A program made the translations under genes and the position numbers. This document shows, piece by piece, positions 8,450 to 16,382 of a stretch of 19,825 bases of DNA; the stretch's first letter is position 1, and each line of letters starts with the position of its first letter. A model generated the notes under the pieces. That model saw nothing but the letters and a program-made list of their open reading frames with translations, was not told the origin of the DNA and made no database searches. Source of the stretch: Chlamydiota bacterium (GTDB taxonomy: Bacteria > Auribacterota > Tritonobacteria > UBA1439); assembly GCA_037133055.1 (NCBI GenBank), contig JBAXOY010000053.1, forward strand, positions 1-19,825, read 5' to 3'.

Positions 8450-8485
8450 GCGATACCCGCAGCGTCGGGTGGTTATCCGCACACA

Positions 8486-8516
8486 CAGGGGGGCCGCAAG
8501 GCCCCCCTGCTTTTTT
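8486..8516 (+). terminator. Rho-independent terminator
   Basis: Stem CAGGGGGGCC/GGCCCCCCTG with GCAA tetraloop followed by C-TTTTTT. Confidence 0.85.
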
Positions 8517-8674
8517 CGGCTCCAGTCAGGATCAGGGCAGTCAGGGAGGGGGGACTGTCTATTGACTCCGCGCCTTCGATGGCTGACCCTGATGGTTCCC
8601 CGGCTTGCCGCCGTCATTCCCATGGTGTATTTTATAGGACGAGGATAAAATCAGGTTGCGGAGGAATGGCGGCT

Positions 8675-9955
8675 ATGACTTTCACGTATTTTACCCGTGC
8701 GCTGCTCGCCCTCGCCGCGATTCTCCCCCCGTCCGCGGCATTTTCGCAGGGAATCGTCGTGGATCACGCCTGCACGGATCTGAGCCGGATACCGGATACG
8801 TGGATCGAGCAGGCGAAGACGCTCAAGCTCCACTACGCGCACACGTCTCATGGCAGCCAGCTCGTCACCGGGGCGCAAGTCCTCATGGGACAGGATTCGC
8901 GATTCAACGCCGCCATCCAGGGTCAAGGCCTGCCCTCGGTTCCCGGCTCCCTTTGCGTCTTCGACGGACAGGAGACGGATACCTATATCACCCCAGAGCT
9001 CTACTGGCTGACCCCGGAGGGGCTCCAGCTCACCCGCAACGTCCTGAACCACAATCCCTCGATCGGTTTCTCCATGTGGGCCTGGTGCGGGCAGGTTTCC
9101 ACCGCCGACGCGGCGTACATCCAGAGCTACCTCAATGCGCTGAACCAGCTCGAATCGGAATATCCCGCCATCCGCTTCGTCTATATGACCGGGCACCTGG
9201 ACGGCACGAGGGAGATCGGGAACCTCCACCAGAGGAACAACCAGATACGGGATTACTGCCGCGCGAACAACAAGGTGCTCTTCGATTTCGCGGATATAGA
9301 ACGCTACGACCCGAACGAAAACGACTACCTCAACCGCGGCGGCGGCGCGGACGGCTCGGATGGATGCCAGTATGACGGCGGCAACTGGGGTATCGAGTGG
9401 TGCGCGGCCCACCCCGGCTCACTCCTGTGTGCCGACTGCGGGGGAGCGGACTGCTGCGCGCACTCGCAGCCGCTGAACTGCGCCCTGAAGGGCAGGGCGT
9501 TCTGGTGGCTGATGGCCCGCCTCGCCGGGTGGGAGGGCACCGGGCCCGCCGACCCGACTCCGACTCCGACGCCCGCGTCCGGATCGCTCCTCGACGCGCG
9601 GCCGAGCAGCAATTCCCCCGCGGCGGGTGACCGCTTCACCGTCAACGTGACTGTCCAGCCGCTCGCGCAGGCGTTCGACGCGTGGGGCGTCGTCTTCGGT
9701 CCCGGCGGGGCGATCTACTCCTTCGTCCTCGGGAATCCCGGCGCGCTCTCCGCCGGCGCGCATCCGCTCGTTACAAACGTCCCGGGTCTGGACATCCCGT
9801 ACGCCGGCGTTCTCCTCGATATGCCCGCGATCCCGCAGGGCACGCAGGGGGTGTACCAGATAGTCGTGGGCCTCGTCCCCGCAGGTGTCCCCCCGGCCGG
9901 CATCGGGGACACCATCCCCCGCTATGCGGACCAGGAGAACGTCACGGTCCGATAG
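8675..9955 (+). CDS. Secreted hypothetical protein; possibly SGNH-hydrolase-like N-domain, Pro/Thr linker, subtype-B CTD
   Basis: GGAGG at 8660-8664 (alternative ATG at 8666); signal peptide …ALLALAAILPPSAAFS; motifs YAHTSHGSQ, VYMTGH, N..IR.YC..N..VLFD, CAHS..LN; PTPTPTP; C-terminus homologous to those of CDS 10717 and 11896. Confidence 0.75.
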   Translation: MTFTYFTRALLALAAILPPSAAFSQGIVVDHACTDLSRIPDTWIEQAKTLKLHYAHTSHGSQLVTGAQVLMGQDSRFNAAIQGQGLPSVPGSLCVFDGQETDTYITPELYWLTPEGLQLTRNVLNHNPSIGFSMWAWCGQVSTADAAYIQSYLNALNQLESEYPAIRFVYMTGHLDGTREIGNLHQRNNQIRDYCRANNKVLFDFADIERYDPNENDYLNRGGGADGSDGCQYDGGNWGIEWCAAHPGSLLCADCGGADCCAHSQPLNCALKGRAFWWLMARLAGWEGTGPADPTPTPTPASGSLLDARPSSNSPAAGDRFTVNVTVQPLAQAFDAWGVVFGPGGAIYSFVLGNPGALSAGAHPLVTNVPGLDIPYAGVLLDMPAIPQGTQGVYQIVVGLVPAGVPPAGIGDTIPRYADQENVTVR

Positions 9956-10056
9956 TGCCGCTTGTCTCACGCTTCATCCCATTGCCACAGTCGACAACCT
10001 TACGGACCACCCGCCCGCGGGATGGATTTGCTAAACTACCTGCCGAGGGACGCCGC

Positions 10057-10572
10057 ATGAAGGGCTACATCCATCTCTACACGGGGAACGGCAAGGGGAA
10101 GAGCACCGCCGCGCTCGGCCTCGCGCTCCGGGCCGCCGGGGCGGGGATGCGCGTTTTTATCGCCTGCTTCATGAAGGGGCGGGCGTACTCGGAGGACGGG
10201 GCCCTCGCCCGCCTTCGCCCGGCGATCACCGTGAAGAAGTTCGGGCTCCGGTGCTTCGTGGGGTGCACACCGTCCCCGGCCGACATTGCCGCCGCGAAAC
10301 GCGGGCTGAAGGAGGCGGAACGGGCGATCGTCTCCGGGAAATACGGCCTCGTCATCCTCGACGAGGCGGCGGTCGCCGCGCACGTCGGACTATTTCCCGT
10401 CGCGGAGCTCCTGCGCCTCGCGGACCTGAAGCCCCGCCATGTCGAGCTCGTCATCACCGGCCGCTCGGCGCACCTGTCGCTGAAAAAGCGGGCCGACCTC
10501 GTCACCGAAATGAAAGAGGTGAAGCACTATTATAGGAAGGGCGTGAAGGCGAGAAAAGGGATTGAATATTAG
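10057..10572 (+). CDS. cobO: Cob(I)yrinic acid a,c-diamide adenosyltransferase (CobO/BtuR/CobA family)
   Basis: P-loop YTGNGKGKSTAALGLALRAAGAG; FMKG; LVILDE; ELVITGR; ADLVTEMKEVKHYY.KG..ARKGIEY. True ATG at 10057, internal to the 9682 ORF. Confidence 0.93.
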   Translation: MKGYIHLYTGNGKGKSTAALGLALRAAGAGMRVFIACFMKGRAYSEDGALARLRPAITVKKFGLRCFVGCTPSPADIAAAKRGLKEAERAIVSGKYGLVILDEAAVAAHVGLFPVAELLRLADLKPRHVELVITGRSAHLSLKKRADLVTEMKEVKHYYRKGVKARKGIEY

Positions 10573-10716
10573 AATGGGGATTGTTAGCATTGAGCGTCTA
10601 TTCCCGGGAGCGGGCGCCCGGGGGGCATCGGTTTACAAAGAGGAGGGCTCAATTTTCACGCGGCTGCCACACGGGCGGAACATACCACCCTCAACGGGTA
10701 AAGGAGGTTTCGCATC

Positions 10717-11757
10717 ATGAAAGCGATCAAAATTCTTCTTACAGTGACGATGCTGTCGGTTGCGGCGATTGCCGCCGCGCAGCCGTTCGAGCCGAACATC
10801 CTGCTGCTCAGCGAACAGTGCAGCGCGAGCGTGGCGTATTACCCGGCGGCGCTTACCGCCCGGGGGCACGCCTTCACGGAGACCAACAACGTTGACGACT
10901 TCTATGCTGCCCTCACAAACGGCACGGAATGGGACCTTGTGCTTGTGGATGAGTACCAGGCCGCCTTCGACAGCCCAACGCTCATGGCGATCTTCAACTT
11001 TGTTCAAGACGGCGGGCACTGCATCGTGAACTACTGGGGCCTGGATGCGACGTTGATAGCCCCCCTCGGTGCGTCTATGGACCTTCATGACCCCAGCTAC
11101 GACATTCCGATTCCCGTAAAGCGGTGGGTTCCCGCAGATCCCCTCTTCACCACTCCGAACACTATTCCCGACCTGACGCCGGTACTGGACACCTGCACCG
11201 TCGACGGGTTCTATCTCCAGCCGAACGATGATGCGACCGCGGTGGCCGGCTACACCCCGGCGGCCGCGAACAACCATGCGGCGATAATTATCGGCAATGA
11301 GGGGCGGACTATCCTTCTCGGGATCACGCCGGGGCTGTTCGGCCCCGACATGGGGAAACTGCTCGAGAACTGCATCGAGTATGTCTTCCCGGCCGCGCCG
11401 TCGCTTCGCGTGACGCTCAATACGGCGACGCCTGCGATCGGGAGTCCCTTCACCATCTATGTGGCGGTGCAGCCGATCATGCAGACCTTCGACGCGTGGG
11501 GCTGCATCTTCGGCCCCGGGGCCTCGGCGTACTCGTTCACGCTCGGAAACCCGACCGCGCTCCGGAGCGGCACCTCCCCGCTCGTCCAGAACATCCCGGG
11601 GCTCCCCGCCGCGTACAACACCCGCCTCCTCGACATGACGATCCCGCCCGGGGTCTCGGGGGTGTACACGGTCGCCGTCGAACTCGTCCCGGCGGGCCTC
11701 GACCCGGTCATCCCGATCAAGGGGTACGCGTCGGTGAAGACCGTGACGGTGCCGTAA
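10717..11757 (+). CDS. Secreted hypothetical protein (possible class I glutamine amidotransferase-like fold) with subtype-B CTD (346 aa)
   Basis: AAGGAGG SD; signal peptide MKAIKILLTVTMLSVAAIAAA; NILLL…WDLVLVD…FVQDGGHCIV pattern; paralogue of CDS 11896. Confidence 0.75.
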   Translation: MKAIKILLTVTMLSVAAIAAAQPFEPNILLLSEQCSASVAYYPAALTARGHAFTETNNVDDFYAALTNGTEWDLVLVDEYQAAFDSPTLMAIFNFVQDGGHCIVNYWGLDATLIAPLGASMDLHDPSYDIPIPVKRWVPADPLFTTPNTIPDLTPVLDTCTVDGFYLQPNDDATAVAGYTPAAANNHAAIIIGNEGRTILLGITPGLFGPDMGKLLENCIEYVFPAAPSLRVTLNTATPAIGSPFTIYVAVQPIMQTFDAWGCIFGPGASAYSFTLGNPTALRSGTSPLVQNIPGLPAAYNTRLLDMTIPPGVSGVYTVAVELVPAGLDPVIPIKGYASVKTVTVP

Positions 11758-11802
11758 ACCGGGTTGGTGTTTCAACGGTTTGAGAAACACGTAGGGGGGC
11801 CT
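11428..11802 (+). repeat. Near-identical direct repeat copy 1 (subtype-B CTD plus 45 bp downstream)
   Basis: Aligns without gaps to 12604-12978 (offset 1176) with scattered substitutions. Confidence 0.9.
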
Positions 11803-11818
11803 TGCCCCATATGGCCAC

Positions 11819-11840
11819 GTAGGGCAGGCTTTAGCCTGCC
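11819..11840 (+). repeat. GTAG-type REP-like element
   Basis: GTAG-GGCAGGC-TTTA-GCCTGCC: GTAG tetranucleotide followed by a 7-bp stem hairpin. Confidence 0.6.
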
Positions 11841-11895
11841 GTCCTCCCGAAGGGATGACGTGACGGCCCCCCTACTACTGTGGGGGTTTCTCATC

Positions 11896-12933
11896 ATGAG
11901 AGCGATCAGGATTCTTGTGCCGGTGTTGATTCTAACGGCTGCATCGCGCGTGACGGCCGCCCCGAACATCCTGCTGCTCAACATACCACCCGGGATCTCC
12001 GAGTATTACCCGACGGCGCTCACCGCCCGGGGATACACGTTTACCGAGACCACCAACGTTCCTGATTTCTACACGGCCCTCACAGACGGAACGGAATGGG
12101 ACTTGGTGCTGGTGGATAATTATGACGGTTCTCTTGACGACGGCACGCTCGTTTCCCTCATGAACTACATCGGGAAGGGCGGCCGTTGTGTGCTGAATTA
12201 CTGGGATATGGACTGGGCGCTCGCGAACTTCCTCGGGGCGAATATGCGGCTCAATGATTACAACTACACAACTCCGCTTCCCGTAAAGCGGTGGGAACCG
12301 ACAAATCCCCTCCTCACCACGCCGAACCCCATCCCCGACCTGACGCCGGCAGGAGGGGATTCCCCCTCATCCGTCGACGGGTTCTATCTCCAGCCGAACG
12401 ATGACGCGACGGCGGTGGCCGGCTACACCCCGGCGGCCTCGGACTACCAGGCGGCGATCATCATAGGGAACGAGGAGCGGACGATCCTTCTCGGGATCAC
12501 CCCGGAGCTTTTCGGCCCCGACATGGAGAAACTGCTCGAGAACTGCATAGAGTACGTCCTGGCGCCTCCGCCCGCGCCGCTCAGCCTGACCCTCAACTCG
12601 CTCACGCCTGCGATCGGGAGTCCCTTCACCATCGACGTGGCGGTGCAGCCGATCACGCAGACCTTCGACGCGTGGGGCTGCATCTTCGGCCCCGGGGCCT
12701 CGGCGTACTCGTTCACGCTCGGCAACCCGACCGCGCTCCGAAGCGGCACCTCCCCGCTCGCCCAGAACATCCCGGGGCTCCCCGTCGCGTACAACACCCG
12801 CCTCCTCACTATGACGATCCCGCCCGGGGTCTCGGGGGTATACACGGTCGCCGTCGAACTCGTCCCGGCGGACCTCGACCCGGTCATCCCGATCAAGGGG
12901 TATGTGTCGGTGAAGACCGTGACGGTGCCGTAA
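11896..12933 (+). CDS. Secreted hypothetical protein, tandem paralogue of CDS 10717, with subtype-B CTD (345 aa)
   Basis: ATG context GGGGGTTTCTCATCATG is homologous to GGAGGTTTCGCATCATG of CDS 10717; signal peptide MRAIRILVPVLILTAASRVTA; collinear similarity throughout. Confidence 0.78.
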   Translation: MRAIRILVPVLILTAASRVTAAPNILLLNIPPGISEYYPTALTARGYTFTETTNVPDFYTALTDGTEWDLVLVDNYDGSLDDGTLVSLMNYIGKGGRCVLNYWDMDWALANFLGANMRLNDYNYTTPLPVKRWEPTNPLLTTPNPIPDLTPAGGDSPSSVDGFYLQPNDDATAVAGYTPAASDYQAAIIIGNEERTILLGITPELFGPDMEKLLENCIEYVLAPPPAPLSLTLNSLTPAIGSPFTIDVAVQPITQTFDAWGCIFGPGASAYSFTLGNPTALRSGTSPLAQNIPGLPVAYNTRLLTMTIPPGVSGVYTVAVELVPADLDPVIPIKGYVSVKTVTVP

Positions 12934-12978
12934 CCCGGGTTGGTGTTTCAACGGTTTGAGAAGCACGTAGGGGGGCCT
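12604..12978 (+). repeat. Near-identical direct repeat copy 2 of 11428-11802
   Basis: Same CTD-coding and downstream sequence (…CCGGGTTGGTGTTTCAACGGTTTGAGAA.CACGTAGGGGGGCCT). Confidence 0.9.
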
Positions 12979-13004
12979 CAAGCTTAAGGCCCCCCTACTG
13001 TTTT
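12967..13004 (+). terminator. Probable Rho-independent terminator between convergent genes
   Basis: 12-bp stem GTAGGGGGGCCT/AGGCCCCCCTAC, 8-nt loop, then TGTTTT. Confidence 0.7.
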
Positions 13005-13025
13005 GAATATCTTTCTAATAATAAT

Positions 13026-13053
13026 CCAAGGGCACACTTAAGTGTGCCCTTGG
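13026..13053. repeat. 28-bp perfect palindrome, covarying variant of the 297-324 element
   Basis: CCAAGGGCACACTT|AAGTGTGCCCTTGG. Confidence 0.85.
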
Positions 13054-13117
13054 GCTGTGGATAAATTTTTAATGGCTTGCGCGCGAGACTGTTGCGCGTT
13101 TCGGATGCGCCCTATTC

Positions 13118-14989
13118 TCACCACCTGTCGGGCGTGATGTAGTCCCCGAACTTCACCCGGGCGTCCTCCAGCCGCCGCTTCTGCCCCTCGAGTATCTCGA
13201 AGAGCGCCGGCGGCGCATCCTTCACCTTCTCCCGGTAGATCTTTTCGATCCGCCCGATCTTCGCCAGGTTCTCCGGCACGCGGACGGTGAACTGCTCCCG
13301 GTAGGCGTCCGCGGAGTACTCCTCCCCGAGGACCTCGCGGAACAGCGCATGTAAATCCCCGTACTTCGGGATCAGGCCGGTGGACGTGCGAACCGCCTCG
13401 ACGCCCCCGTGGACGCGAAGCTCCATCCACTTGTACCAGACCCGCTTGTCCGTCTTCTTGTTGAGGAACTTCCCGTCCCTCCCCTTTATGAAATAATTCA
13501 CCGCGAAGATGCGGGGCGCGCGGGCGAGCCCACGGCTGAAATCCAGGTTCGCCTGCACGTACCTGCCGATGGGGATGGAGAGGAAATCGATGTTCGACAT
13601 CGGGTTGAATTCGCGCACCCCCTCCTTCCCGAGCGTGGCGGCGGTGGTCTCCGACTCGAGCGCCGCGCCCTTCGTGACGATCCCGTGCGTCCAGTCGAAC
13701 GTCTCCTCGACCGGCACGGAGGTGTCCGAGTCGCGCCCGCCGTAGACGATCGCCCCCACCGGGACGCCCGACGGGTCGTGGAGGGCCGGGTCGACATTTT
13801 CGAGCGATTCCAGGGCCAGGGTGAACCGCGCGTTCGGGTGCGAGGGGGGGATATCCTTCCCCGCCGCGTCCTTCTTCCCGGAATGCCACTCGCCCGAGTG
13901 GTTCGCTCCCGCGGGGGGGACGGGCCCGTCCTTGCCGATCCAGTACACGCCCCCGCCGGGGGTGGCGAGGACATTCGAGAAGATCACCTCGCCGGGGGAA
14001 TGCAGCGCCTTCCACTGGCTGGGGTCGTCCTTGGAGTTCACCCCCTGGATGATCCCGAACATGCCCTTCTCGACGTTGACCGCCCGCACCTCGCCGCCCT
14101 CTTTCCGGATGTAGGCGATGTCGTCGCCGACGATCGTCTCGCCCTCGAGCATCGCGGTCGAGGTCTTGCCGCAGAGCGACGGGAACGCCCCGAGGAAGAA
14201 TGTCTTCCTGCCGCCCGGCCCCCGGATGCCCATGACGAGCATGTGCTCCGTGAGCCACCCCTCCTCAGCCCCCCGGCGGATGGCCAGGCGCATGGCGAGT
14301 TTCTTGAGGCCGATCGTGTTGCCGCCGTACTGGGTGTTGACGCTGTAGACGGTGTCGTCCTCGACGTCGATATAGATGCGCCGATTATCGAGGTTGCGGC
14401 AGGTCTTCCTCTGGTCCACTTCCCCCTGGGAGTGCACGAATTTGAAAAACCGCGCCTTCTCCCCCTGACGCTCGAACTCCGCGTAGCCCGGGCGGTAGAG
14501 GATCGTCTCGCTGTGGGCGACGTAGCTCGAGTCGGTGATCTGCACGCAGGGGATGGCGAAACGCGAGCCGGCGGGGCCGAGGCAGAAGAAGCAGACGAAC
14601 GCCTCCTTGCCCTTCATGATGCCGCGGAGAATTCCCCGGATGTCCGTGAGCGCGGTCTCCCGCGGCTTCGTCTCGATCCCCTCGCCAAGGTCCACCCCCT
14701 CCGGCACCAGGATGCCGGTGTTCTTCTTGTCCCTCCCCTGATCGGCGTAGTTGTCGAAGTGGAGGGTGTGGCCCCCGACGGCAAGCCGCGTCTCCTCGCC
14801 GCTCCGGACGGCGGCCTCGCGGATATGCCAAAAATCCGCGGGCTCGTCCGCGCTCACGCACACTTTTGTCGGGTCGCAGAGCTGGAGAAATTCCGCGACG
14901 AATTTGTGCAGTGACCGGTTCGGAATCGCCGCGATCTTCCGGTACTGCTCTTCCCCCAATCTCTTCTTCAGTGATTCGTTCTCTTGCAT
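13118..14989 (-). CDS. pckG: Phosphoenolpyruvate carboxykinase (GTP) (623 aa)
   Basis: Motifs QITDSSYV.HS, NTQYGGNTIGLKK, WLTEHM, GAFPSLCGKTSTAM, IVGDDIAY, NVEKGMFG, HPNARFT, YGGRD, NPMS; start chosen at ATG 14989 (GGAG 6 nt upstream, downstream of the predicted promoter). Confidence 0.95.
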   Translation of the reverse strand: MQENESLKKRLGEEQYRKIAAIPNRSLHKFVAEFLQLCDPTKVCVSADEPADFWHIREAAVRSGEETRLAVGGHTLHFDNYADQGRDKKNTGILVPEGVDLGEGIETKPRETALTDIRGILRGIMKGKEAFVCFFCLGPAGSRFAIPCVQITDSSYVAHSETILYRPGYAEFERQGEKARFFKFVHSQGEVDQRKTCRNLDNRRIYIDVEDDTVYSVNTQYGGNTIGLKKLAMRLAIRRGAEEGWLTEHMLVMGIRGPGGRKTFFLGAFPSLCGKTSTAMLEGETIVGDDIAYIRKEGGEVRAVNVEKGMFGIIQGVNSKDDPSQWKALHSPGEVIFSNVLATPGGGVYWIGKDGPVPPAGANHSGEWHSGKKDAAGKDIPPSHPNARFTLALESLENVDPALHDPSGVPVGAIVYGGRDSDTSVPVEETFDWTHGIVTKGAALESETTAATLGKEGVREFNPMSNIDFLSIPIGRYVQANLDFSRGLARAPRIFAVNYFIKGRDGKFLNKKTDKRVWYKWMELRVHGGVEAVRTSTGLIPKYGDLHALFREVLGEEYSADAYREQFTVRVPENLAKIGRIEKIYREKVKDAPPALFEILEGQKRRLEDARVKFGDYITPDRW

Positions 14990-15059
14990 GCCGATCTCCG
15001 TCATCTCCTGCGCGCGAGGCACCATCCTGATGCCGGCGCGGCATCCCGTTTGAGGCGGT

Positions 15060-15089
15060 AGTATAGCCGACCCCCCTGGCACCCGGCAA
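15060..15089 (-). promoter_or_regulatory. Putative sigma70 promoter for pckG
   Basis: Minus strand reads TTGCCG - 18 bp - TATACT. Confidence 0.55.
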
Positions 15090-15156
15090 GCGTTTACGCC
15101 AGCCCCGGGGGTGTGTTAGAATCAGAATCGGGCGCACGCACACAAGGAGGATTTCG

Positions 15157-16374
15157 ATGACCGGGGACTACGCGGGACTTATCAAGGATTTGGTCGAGAA
15201 CACGCCGAGCAGGATACTGCTCGTGGTAGCGGACGGGCTCGGGGGGCTCCCCATGGAACCGGGCGGCCCCACCGAGCTCGAGGCGGCGCGGACGCCCAAC
15301 CTCAACGCGCTCGCCCGCTCGTCCTCCCTCGGTCTCCTCGAGCCCGTGGGGCCCGGCATCACCCCCGGCAGCGGCCCCGCCCACCTCGCGCTCTTCGGCT
15401 ACGATCCGGTGAAATACAACATCGGGCGCGGGGTCCTCGAGGGGCTCGGCATCGACTTCCGCCTCACGGGGCGTGACGTCGCCGCGCGGTTCAACTTCGC
15501 CACGGTGGACGGAGAAGGGAAGCTGACGGACCGCCGCGCCGGGCGCCTCAGCACCGAGGAGAACCGGCGGCTCGTGCAGAAGCTCCGCGACGGGATCGCG
15601 CCGCCGCCCGGCTGCGGGATATTCATCGAGACGGTGAAGGAGCACCGCGGCCTCCTCGTCCTCCGCGGGGACGGCCTCTGCGGCGCCGTCCACGACACCG
15701 ATCCGCAGGAGCTCGGCGTTCCCGCGATCCCCGCCCGGGCCCTCGTGCCGGAGGCGGAGAAGACCGCCGCGCTCGTGAACGAGATTATCGCGCAGGCCAT
15801 GAAGGTCCTCGCGGGCGAGAATAAGGGGAATGCGATCCTGCTCCGCGGCTTCGCCAAGCACGAGCCGCTCCCCACGATGGCCGACCGGTACGGTGTGGAG
15901 GCATTCGCGGTTGCCCAGTACCCGATGTACCGCGGTCTCGCCCGCCTCGTGGGGATGACGGTCGCCCCGCACACCGCGAGCACCGCGGAGGACCTGGACG
16001 CGCTCGCGCGGAACTTCTCCGCGCACACCTTCTTCTACCTGCACTTCAAGAAGACCGACAGTTGCGGAGAGGACGGGGACTTCGCCGCGAAGGTCAAGGC
16101 GATCGAGGAGCTCGACGGGATGATCCCAGCGCTTGCCGCCCTGAAACCCGACGTGCTGGCGGTCACCGCGGACCACTCGACGCCCTGCCGGCTCGCGATG
16201 CACAGCTGGCACCCGGTCCCTCTGCTCCTCCACTCGCCGTACTGCCGCACGAGCGGGGCGCAGCGCTTCACGGAGAATGCCTGCGGGGCGGGCGCGCTGG
16301 GCTTGCGGCCCTCGGTCAGTCTCATGCCCGTCCTGCTCGCGCACGCGCGCAAGCTGATCAAGTTCGGGGCGTAA
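15157..16374 (+). CDS. apgM: 2,3-bisphosphoglycerate-independent phosphoglycerate mutase, ApgM type
   Basis: AAGGAGG SD; motifs VADGLGG.P, TELEAARTPNL, GITPGSGPAHLALFGYDP, GRGVLE.LG, DRRAGR, LHFKKTDS.GEDG, VTADHSTP, HSWHPVP, KFGA. Confidence 0.93.
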   Translation: MTGDYAGLIKDLVENTPSRILLVVADGLGGLPMEPGGPTELEAARTPNLNALARSSSLGLLEPVGPGITPGSGPAHLALFGYDPVKYNIGRGVLEGLGIDFRLTGRDVAARFNFATVDGEGKLTDRRAGRLSTEENRRLVQKLRDGIAPPPGCGIFIETVKEHRGLLVLRGDGLCGAVHDTDPQELGVPAIPARALVPEAEKTAALVNEIIAQAMKVLAGENKGNAILLRGFAKHEPLPTMADRYGVEAFAVAQYPMYRGLARLVGMTVAPHTASTAEDLDALARNFSAHTFFYLHFKKTDSCGEDGDFAAKVKAIEELDGMIPALAALKPDVLAVTADHSTPCRLAMHSWHPVPLLLHSPYCRTSGAQRFTENACGAGALGLRPSVSLMPVLLAHARKLIKFGA

Positions 16375-16382
16375 AAAAAGAA

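Noticed and set aside
9956..10056. Cobalamin riboswitch upstream of cobO
   Set aside because: Only about 100 bp of intergenic DNA and no recognisable B12-box.
1..12933. Integron cassette array or IS-bounded island
   Set aside because: No integrase or transposase in the window, no convincing attC R-box pairs, and the genes appear to carry their own promoters.
13409..14914. Long alternative-frame ORFs (13409-14914, 13038-14258, 15094-16344, 16035-17756, 18181-19512, 18327-19649 and similar)
   Set aside because: Shadow ORFs overlapping well-supported genes, expected in high-GC DNA; Arg/Gly/Pro-rich with no recognisable motifs.
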